Assembly: GCA_951406725.2 (NCBI GenBank)
Contig: OX597817.1
Span: 112,530,001-112,594,000, forward strand
Direction of reading: 5' to 3'
Origin: Octopus vulgaris
Lineage: Eukaryota
Length of the DNA: 64,000 nucleotides
Shown here: positions 54,451-64,000 of the stretch, piece after piece
How positions within the stretch are numbered: position 1 is the first letter of the stretch
Layout: each line of letters begins with the position of its first letter
Position numbers and translations under genes: made by a program
Notes under the pieces: model-generated
Databases searched by the model: none
What the model was told of the DNA's origin: nothing
Seen by the model: the letters and a program-made list of their open reading frames with translations, nothing else

Positions 54451-55325
54451 TTTAAACCTTAAAGAGATTTAGTTGAAGAAATTGATCCCAGCACTTATTC
54501 TTTGTGAGCCTAGTACTTATTCTATCAGTCTCTTTTGCTGAACCACTAAGTTACAAGGACTTAAACACATCAGTATCAGTTATCAAGTAATGGCGGGAGG
54601 ACAAATACAGACACATAAACACACACATATATGTACATATACAATGGGCTTCTTTTGTGGCAGTGGAATGTTAAAAGCACATCCAAGTGTGATCGTTGCT
54701 AGGGCCACAGATTAGCTCCTGTGCCAATGACACATGAAAAGCACCATTCAAGTGTGATCGCTGCCAGTGTCGCCTTACCGGTACATGTGCTGATGGCATG
54801 GGAAAAACAACATTCGAGCATGGTCGTTGCCAGTGCCACCAGACTGGCTCCCATGCAGGTAGCATGTAAAAACACCTTTTGAGTGTGGTCATTGCCAGAA
54901 CTGCCTGACTGTCCCTCGTGCCAGTGGCACGTAAAAGCACCCACTACACACTCGAAGTGGTTAGCGTTAGGAAGGGCATCCAGCTGTAGAAACTTAGCCT
55001 GATCAGATTGAGCCTGGTGCTGCCTCTAGCTCACCAGTCCTCAGTCAAACCGTCCAACCCATGCCAGCATGGAAAGCGGACATTAAATGATGATGATGTC
55101 TGCCAAATCCATTCACTTTATGAATATATTGTACTACCATTTCCTAAGAAAACCGTTCTTAAACATACCTGTAGTAGAAGGTACTTGCCCAAGGTGCCAC
55201 ACAGTGGGACTGAACTTGGAACAATGTGGTTGGGAAGTAAGCATCTTACCACACAGCCATGACTACACAAATTATATGTATGCAAATTATTTACTTATAA
55301 CTAGGACAACAGACAGGAAAATACT
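52970..55325. repeat. 209-bp near-identical inverted duplication (52970-53178 / 55117-55325)
   Basis: The arms are reverse complements, including non-SINE sequence. The ORF track gives the same peptide on opposite strands (52909-53247 minus, 55087-55344 plus). Confidence 0.92.
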
Positions 55326-58300
55326 AATTGTGTACAATTTTTAAAAATTATTGTCATTTGCAATCTGGCCCTCGAAAATACTTTATAGTGTTCCTTTCCT
55401 TGGTGTCCTAAGCATATTGCTTATTTTGTTTATTGCTTAACCCAGCTCTGACAATGGAACAGCATAACATTAATGTTAAAGCATTAGGAAGTATATTCGG
55501 TTCAGTCTGGAAGATGAAGCATAATGAAGAATACCAGCAGAGAAAAGGACTCAGTGTTTGATGATAAGAAGTTGACAATTGTTAATGAGAGCATGTTTGC
55601 CCTTTATGGATATGGACTCTGACTATGAATCAGTTGTAAGAAATATAATGCTGCATGGTGGGCATGGAAGATCTTTGGGGATTAGAGAGAAACAGGTTAA
55701 ATATAGTCTGTTAAACAGACAACAAGAACTTCTATGAAAGGTAGACTGAATACTTGGTGAGCAGGATGTATAACTGGATATTAAGGGGAAAAAATAGTAC
55801 TGGCATATCTTTATATCTGTTGGGAAAAAAGGTGCAATGAGCTAACAGTGAAAAGTACTTGAAGTAAAGAAAGACATGGAAAGCAGTAGTGAGATCAAAT
55901 TTCAGGCCTCATAGACAAGATAAGTTAGGATTGAGAAGAAGCAATAATGGCTTACAGTTTCTGCTTACCAAATTCTACTCACAAGATATTGACCAGCCTG
56001 AAGTTATGGTAGACAGTACTTGGCCAATGTGCTACACAGTGAGATTGAACTTGGAACTAAATGATTACAAAGCAACCTTAATTACAGAGCCATAGTTGCA
56101 CTCTTATTCAGCACAGTAGATCTGTCCCATCAAACCCAAGCTAGCATCGAAAAATGTATATTAAAATTAGGATGACAGAGATGATGTGTGATGAGTATTT
56201 TTAAAGACATACATGATGGGTGCACTATTTGAGATGTTTTAGTAGTTTCTTGGTATGTAGCATAATTCTGAAATATCATTGATTGCTTTATTGTGTCAGC
56301 AGTTGTTCAATAAATTATTCTTTATAAGGGTCAGCTGAAAAGTTCATTGGCTGACCAAGATACTCTCCTGGAATATGGCCAAATGAGATTTATTTTTCAA
56401 CACAAACCCCCTTGTCCACTTCTTCCATTGGTGATCTGAAAAGTAAACCCATTAAAGATTATTGTATTGCAAGGCCTATTATGTAAACAACTAAAACCTA
56501 CCAAATGTTTCTTGTAGGATGTCCCCACTTAGACTGTACATCATCATGTCATTTGTCAATATATTCCCTATTCATTGTCATATGTGATTTAATTTTTTAT
56601 TTTCTAATTAACTTTTATTTTTCTGAAATGATGAATTTTTGCATGAAACTGGAACTATTTTTTTTTAGTTTCATGTTTGTTGACATATAGTCAAATTCTA
56701 ATTAAATACCTTGACGTTTGGTGGAGGTGCCTGGATTAGCAGTTAGGGTGTTGGTAAGATTATTATGGTTCAAATACTTGGACTGGGCAATGCGTTGTGT
56801 TTCTTGAGAAAAACTCTTTAATGCATGTTGCTCTAGCCCACTCAGCTCACAAAGACGAGTAATGTGGTGAAGTCGCGGCAGGGCTGGCAAGCCAGCGATG
56901 AATGGTAGATTTGCTTAAAAACAGATAGATTGGAACTTCAGGACTAACAGGCCATAGTCCTACACTGGTGTTGGGTATTACATTTTTTACCTTGACACTT
57001 CATCTGATTGATAAACTACTGGGCATAATTTAATTCAAAATTCTCGTCCTTTTGGTGGTGGCACGGGTAGGAAACTCTCAACAGAGTTGAACAGCAGGTC
57101 TTCAGAGAAGAAAGCCCAACGCAGGCAAGTAATTCGACCCTTAACTTCTTACACCAAGCTGCATCCAGGTCATGACTCCTGTGTCCCCTTCTGCTGACAC
57201 ATTTTAGCCACTTGGATGTCGGAGACTTGTGCGTTTAAACCGCTTGGAGATTCCATCTAATTGTAACCTCTCTCTGTTGACAACTTTCGAACTTGTTCAT
57301 AAAGAAGAAATAATGTTGGTTCTCATGGTAGCAGTGCATATTATTATTCAGAGTTACTTCCCTTAACGTTAAAATAAAGAAAAAAATATTTGCCTTCAAA
57401 CGGTGTGGAGGTCGTTTTTGTTCCTTCGACGCTATCCAGCTAGTACATCTCTCTGATATTTCTGATATTGCCTGTAGGGCTCACCTCCCATTAAAACATT
57501 GGGTTATCTCCCCCAACTAAAAAAATTGTTAAACCCTCAATAAAACAAAAGAAAAAATGAAAAGTTAATAAACATGAATCTGATAATATTTTTATAATAG
57601 AAAGGCTGCGAGCTGGCGGAAACGTTAGCACGAAATGCTTAGCAAAGGTCGACTTTGCCTTTCATCCTTTTGGGGTCGATAAATTAAGTACCAGTTGCGT
57701 ACAGGGGTCGATCTAATCGACTGGCACGCTCCCCAAAAATTTCGGGCCTTGGGCCTAGAGCTGGAAAGAATATCTTTATGTTTGAATAAAAGCAGATACA
57801 GAGATGAGAAGACTTTTTGGTCCTGCTGCAGACAGCTTCTTTATTGCTGATGGCAAGATAAAAATCAATTCAATCCATGGTGGGTTATGGTAGGGAAGGC
57901 ATCCAACAGTGAAAGCCATGCCAAGAATAAGGAAGAAGAGGTGACATAGATTTCACAAACCTCACTGAGACAAGTATATGAAAAATTCTTTATTCCTACT
58001 ACTTGTGGCAGCATTATAGAAATGCACCCAGTATATACTGTAAAGTGATTGGTAATAGAAAGGAAATTTGTGTGTAAAAACAAAGAACTTACCTCCAAGT
58101 CAACCATGAGTGGGAGGTGAAGTTGTTGTCTTGCTTTGAACCATCTTGGACCCAGAAGGGAAATTGGTAGCACTAGACATGAACAACAGTGAAGGTCATA
58201 GCTTCAGATAAGTAACCATCTATGGATCAACAGCAGTCAGGTATCCAGATTTCTGTAGGTATCTACAGTGTCTCCTGGAGACATCTCACTCCTTGGTCTA

Positions 58301-58619
58301 GTGGGACTTGGGCTCTGTGGAACTAGCTGATTGAAGTGGTGGGTGTTAAAGCCTTACAAACCTGCTCGGACATTTCCAACTACCTATCAGTTACTGACTG
58401 GATTTCTCAGATGTGCCAATGTGGTCATGGACAAACTGCATCAGGTTATCCACATTATTTCTAGATAGAGTATTCAGTAGTGTTTCTTGAAAGAGTATTT
58501 CGGCTGACTAGTAGATAAGGATAGCATAGGTTGTCCACAATTTAAAACCAGCTACACAGATCACAAATTTGTGCTCTGTACAGTTGACTTGGATAGGCTT
58601 TGTAAGCAGAGATCTAGTC

Positions 58620-59850
58620 ACTGGAAACTGAATGCATCACTCTCAGCACACAATGCTTACAGAGAGCAGATCAGCAAATCAGTTAAGTGGGTGTTGACAG
58701 GGAAAATTGTTAACAATTAGTGGTTTACCTTGAAAAGAGTAATTAAAAACAGAATTGATTAACTTTAGTAAGGAAGTAGTGATAGAGAAAACTAGAATAG
58801 AGGGTAACTTAGAAACTGCATAAGAAAGGCAACTGACATGCCTGTGGTGAGATTGATTGGCTTTGATCAATTCATGAACACGAAGCACAAAGGCTATATT
58901 GTCTGTCAAGAGGTCTTCAGACAAATCTCTAAGTCATGAGGAGACAAAAGCAGTTTAATGAGACTTATAGTGGCAGAAATGCAAAATGAAGACAAAGACA
59001 CAATTCGGTTTTTGGCAGACCATGGTGGATATATGTTACTTGATCCCAAATAGTTGTGTATGGATTTTCAATGATGCTTTGCTTGATTGTTTGGGATGGA
59101 TGGAAGGCCAGATCACAGGATGAATTTTTGAGTCTACTTCAATGGCCTACCACAACTCACAGCCAGAGAGGTAGAGTGTTGCAAAAAGCTAATGACAGCT
59201 TAAGAAATACAAGAAGTGATGGTTGGCTATACAGGAAAAAAATTGCCACGCCTGGATGGTCTGCCATGTGAGCTTTACTTTGGATGCCAGATTTGTTTGA
59301 AGACCTCTTGACAGACATTGATTGCAACTAACAGCAAAATAGAAGAATGCTCAGTTCTGTGAATTAAGGAATGGTACTAAAAAAGAACCCAAGCAAATGG
59401 GATCACATTGATAATTTTTTGCCCACAATTCTATTAAACTCAGATTTCAAGATTTTTGCTAAAAAGTTATCATTGATGGTCTGATTGGTGATGTATAAAC
59501 ATATATCATCCTTACTTATTCACTACAGCCTCCACCTTGTGCAATACATCATAGAGAGGTAGGGTAAGAAATCTCTTATGGGAGGTCAATGGGGGGGGGG
59601 TGCCCTGATCAACTTAGATTGAAAGCTTTCAATAAGATTGATGTCTAATACTTGGTGGTTATCCTTACATCAGCTGATTAAAGTCCCATTTTTTGTGATT
59701 GGCAATAACATCTGCTCAGTGGTTAAGGTGAACAGCCACCTATCAACCATTCAGCATCATGTGCAGGGTCCAGCAATGGTGTCCCTTCTTATCCTCAAGA
59801 AACATACTGACTCTTGAGCCACTACCAGAGAAACTAGAGACATTTCCAAC
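58620..59850 (+). mobile_element. Decayed L1/Tx1-clade LINE ORF2 remnant in THAP intron 1
   Basis: NFLPTILLNSDFKIFAK (cf. NFRPITLLNxDxKILAK), ALINLD..KAF.KID and a VQQWCP (cf. VRQGCP) motif. Confidence 0.7.
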
Positions 59851-60364
59851 CAAGATCACTTTTGGTTTTAATCCCTCTGGGGTTGACAAAATAAAGTACT
59901 AGTAAGTACTGGTGTTGATGGAATCAACTAATCCCTATTTCCCCTCAAGAATTTTTGGCCTTATACCTAAATTAGGAACCTTTATATACATAGTTTATAA
60001 GTAATCATATGCAGTAGTTTATATATGTTATTATGTCTTGTTTGTGAAATCATGCTTCAACAATTCATACATACAATTGTTGACATCTTGCATACACAGA
60101 TATCTCAAAAGTAAATAGATGTCCTCATTTAACCATTTTATCTGTGCTGACCCGACCTGGTGCTTCAAACTTGTTAATGTATTATGCACAGGGCATGTCT
60201 ACTAAATGCTAGATCAAGTATTTAAATGGCTCAAATGACATTATTTTCTAGAAATAAATATTTTGAAAAGGATAGTGTCTATTTATTTTCAAGTTGTCTG
60301 TGTAATTTTTAAAAAAATATTTCCATAGTATTTGTTTTTCTCTTAACTTATTGCAATTTTCTAG

Positions 60365-60558
60365 ATCAGAAAGCACACCAAAGTGTGTAGTGCACATTTT
60401 AGACCCGACGATTTTAAGCGAACTTTGACTGGGAGACGAGATCTACGCAAAGGAGCAATTCCATGCATATTCAGATGGACTACAAAATCAAAAGACAGCC
60501 AAAACAACAATAAATCCTCACACAGCCTGAAGTCATTGAACAATAGGCAACTAGATCG
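60365..60558 (+). CDS. THAP-domain protein, exon 2 (IRKHTKVCSAHFRPDDFKRTLTGRRDLRKGAIPCIFRW...QLD)
   Basis: Acceptor TTTTCTAG|ATC. Open in phase 0 and supplies the CSxHF and L-x-x-x-A-[IV]-P motifs that complete the C2CH THAP finger. Donor CG|GTAAAT, phase 2. Confidence 0.9.
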
Positions 60559-61190
60559 GTAAATAGTATTTTTTGTTTTTCTTACATGTAATTTTTCTTT
60601 GGGTGGTTCAACCTGCTGATCTTGTTCTTTCAGTCTTATTCAGTCAATTCAATTTTAAAATTAGGTTTAAAATTAAAGGAAGATTTACATTGCCCAATCG
60701 CAACAGCATTTATTGTGTCATTATCAGTGGCATTATGATTAGTGGCAATAGCTATTTCAGCTTCCAAATTTTGTCTTTTAAGAATGGGTATACTCGCTCA
60801 GTGTTTCTATATAAGTAGAATTGCAGAGTGGACATGGTATTGATCTCTATAGGAGTTATTCTGAAAGGGAAAAAAAAGCAGCAGCCATCACATTTTGAGA
60901 GCCTCTGAGACTACTGTTGTATGTGTTTGAATGTCAATTATGATTTAAAGGTTACTGCAGTAAGAAACAACTCTTCAACATATTGAGTCATCCTCAGACT
61001 GAAAACCTGGTCCAGATGCTTTCAACAAAGTGGACTCTGCTAAAAACACACCAAAGTTAGGTGGTGATATTTAAAATGAGTGACAGATAGGACAAAACAA
61101 GTTTCAAGTATGAGTACTTTGTTTTGTATTTAATCCATGCACTTAATTCTTCATTGTTTCAGTTCACCTATTCTTGAGAATAGTTTAGAT

Positions 61191-61425
61191 CAGTGGTTCT
61201 CAACCATTTTTTGCCTATGGATCCCTTTGGTTCTTATTCTAGTTAGGGTTGGGACCCTCATAGCCATTCAGTGTCTAAAAACTCTTATATTTTTAGGATT
61301 AAATATTATTTGGAATTGCATTAAAAATATTTGAATATTTTGTGCATTGTAAAAATATAACTAGTTCATTGCACATAAATTTTAACAACAAAATCTTATA
61401 TGGATCATATAATTGAGAACCACTG
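61191..61425. mobile_element. hAT-family MITE (235 bp) in THAP intron 2
   Basis: TIR CAGTGGTTCTCAA...TTGAGAACCACTG with perfect 8-bp TSD GTTTAGAT (61183-61190, 61426-61433). Confidence 0.92.
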
Positions 61426-62340
61426 GTTTAGATGATATAGTAATATTTCTCCTGATATGGTATTATGCTATATAGGATGGGATTGATTAAACAACAGCAA
61501 CTTAAGATTTTTTTGGAGTTTCTGAGATGCATTAGATTATAGTCTATGTATTTTGCTCCAGAATTATGTATGATGTATTGTTACATTGAAGGGAAAAGAA
61601 GTTGGAGAAATATTCTAAGTACTGAGAAATGTATTCTCAATTCTGTTCTTCATTTTGTATAGACATTAGTTGGTCTTTTATTATATTTTGAATAAAAAAA
61701 ATCTAATATAAGTTTTCTTTGCTTTTTTTTTTAAATGAAAATAATAACATATTTCTGTACTATATATGCAAAAGTCTTACAACAGATATTTGTTTTCTCG
61801 ATAGTAAAATGACCTGCAATAAATTCAATATAGTGTGAACTCTTACAAAGTTAGGAAGATTACTGATTTATACTTGTTTAGCTTATTTGCCAACATATTC
61901 ACCATGCCAGTCTTTTTACAAAACTTTCTTTGAGTCAGTGAATAAAATTTAGGCAATCATTGACCTGTTAAAAATATTGTAGCCTGCCTAATGATGAGCC
62001 CCCTACTCAAAAATAGTCGACCATGCCTGCTTTATATTATAAAAAAGACCCTCTTCGGTTATGAACGACCATGGGATTGCACCTAGAAAGTTACTCTTTG
62101 AGGCACAAGCCTGGGCAAGGTTGTTTATGGAATACCAGCTTCCCCTCTCCACACCACTGGTGTTATCCAAGGGAAAGTCAAAGGTTGATACAGCTTGGCA
62201 CCAGTGAACTGGAGCAATATGAAATAAAATGTCTTGCTCAAGAACAAACACACAGCCCAGTTTGGGAATTGAACTCATTACCTCATGGTTGTGAGCCCGA
62301 CACTCTAACCACTGAGCCATACACCTTCATAGTATATATA

Positions 62341-62414
<74 letters not shown>

Positions 62415-63488
62415 ATGAATGAATTATCCTTTGTTTACTATAATATATATTACCACCTAATACAATGAAAGTGAATATAACAAAATATTTGTGTTTTAGA
62501 AGGTTATCATGACTTTCTACATTATTGTTTCAACACACATTCTCAGGTCAAGCCACTTGACTAATAAGCACAATTCAAAACTTGATTTAATTGTCTAAAT
62601 ATTGTATAACACTTTTTTGAAATTAACCATTGTAACATTGTATTTCATGGTGGAGAAAATTGGTAAAAAAAATTTAAGCACAACCTTTGGAATCAACCTA
62701 GTTACTTCATTCTTACAAGAAATGAGTGTATGCATAGAACAAACTATTAACACAATGTTTATTTCATTATAAGTCTCATAACCCACTGGATTTGTCTAGA
62801 TGTTAATTAGGATGTCTATTATCATCATGTTGGGGAGCTAGTCAACCTAGTGGAGTACATCCCTTTATCTCTTTACAAACTAAGCAATGTCTCATTATTT
62901 ATACACTACTTCCTCAATTTATATAGTGGAGAGCTTTCATGGTATCTATTTACAGAGTGCATAGCTCTGGTACTATAGATGCGTGATTAGAATGTCACAG
63001 GGAAGAATCATCATAACATGGATTCTTCAAGCTGAGCCAACAAGCAGAAGAGCTAGGAGGTAAATCAAGAATAAGATGGTTAGATAATATCCATAGTCTC
63101 AGTTGGTCATGCTTGGAATCCATTAGGAAAGTCTAATGACAGTTACTTTTGGTGAGACCCTATGGAGGAGGTACCTGAGGATACTACCCCCACGACTCTT
63201 CTAAGAATAGGGGGCAAGGAAGATAGATGGATGGATGAACTGAACTAGTGAGAGCTACTTATGGACCATAGACAAAGCAAAGCTAATGATGCAATGTTAA
63301 AAGCCAATTATTAACAGTTGTCTGGCACCCTATTAATTCCTCAACTGAAATCCTCTTCAACTACCCTTGGTACAACATCTGTAATATGTAATATTATATC
63401 ATTACAATATCTAAAACTTGAAAAATTAAAACTTATTTCTTGGTAAACTGTTTCAAAAATAAAAAAACTTTATTCTTCTCATTATCAG

Positions 63489-63609
63489 GGAAGAAAGTGT
63501 GTTTCTTGAAGCATGTGTTGATCACAGTTATGAACCAGCCAATGGATTTCGGGAAGAATTTGAAGCTGCACTAAGCCTTATTAAATTCTCAAAACTTGAA
63601 TTTTGTTAA
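63489..63609 (+). CDS. THAP-domain protein, terminal exon 3 (R-EESVFLEACVDHSYEPANGFREEFEAALSLIKFSKLEFC*)
   Basis: Acceptor TTCTTCTCATTATCAG|G matches the phase 2 left by exon 2. The open frame contains DHSY (D/E-H-x-Y HCF-1-binding motif typical of THAP proteins). TAA at 63607-63609. Confidence 0.78.
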
Positions 63610-63724
63610 ATTTTTCTAAGAAACAAATCTTTCACACTTAGTCATGTAACTCAAATGCTGAATTCTCATTGGCCAAATTTCCACTACATCAAAACTTCAA
63701 AGATCTCAAAACTAAATTTGTTGT

Positions 63725-63730
63725 AATAAA
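63725..63730 (+). promoter_or_regulatory. Candidate polyadenylation signal of the THAP gene
   Basis: AATAAA ~115 nt after the predicted stop. The hexamer is common in AT-rich DNA. Confidence 0.35.
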
Positions 63731-64000
63731 ATGTTTTCTATATTCATGTATGATCATTATATTATTTCAATGATTTTACGTTTATTTACCATAAAACAGA
63801 AAAAAAGAAAAACCTGCAACTGTTTGTTCCCTTTTTTATTGTATTTAATATTTATTAAATATCTTTAACCAATCCAAACAAAATCACCTGTAAATCCTAA
63901 AGTCCTGTTGTACTTTCTCTACATAAATTTCCCAGTCCTGAAGAAACTAGTGATTTTAATGAAATGTAGTTTGTCCAGTACAAAAATCATAAAAACCTAA

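Noticed and set aside
62950-63000. Alternative THAP exon 3 after TTTACAG
   Set aside because: In the required phase it stops after ~10 codons with no motif; the 63489 exon with DHSY fits better.

Overview
AT-rich, repeat-dense eukaryotic (animal) genomic DNA. The SINE families, very long (TA)n/(CATA)n/(GATA)n tracts and Penelope-type repeats resemble an Octopus-type cephalopod genome (inference from repeat content). Two protein-coding genes are supportable. (1) A minus-strand first coding exon (19678->18257) encodes a SAMD1/KAT6-type winged-helix domain, a long low-complexity linker and an AT-hook-like motif; no downstream exon was found in the window. (2) A complete three-exon plus-strand THAP zinc-finger gene (51034-51183, 60365-60558, 63489-63609; 154 aa, with a DHSY HCF-1-binding motif), whose last two exons are missing from the ORF track. 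The rest is transposon-derived: a full-length but frameshifted Tigger/pogo element, hAT and Mutator-type MITEs with perfect TSDs, two non-autonomous Helitrons, decayed LINE, Penelope, hAT and BEL/Pao fragments, and many tRNA-derived SINEs. The most unusual signal is four different minimal type-I hammerhead-ribozyme motifs with palindromic stem III. One sits in the loop of a ~175-bp inverted repeat and one lies downstream of a tRNA-like Pol III head (a retrozyme-like SINE). Most short ORFs in the track are spurious microsatellite or repeat translations. All alignments and coordinates were read by eye.
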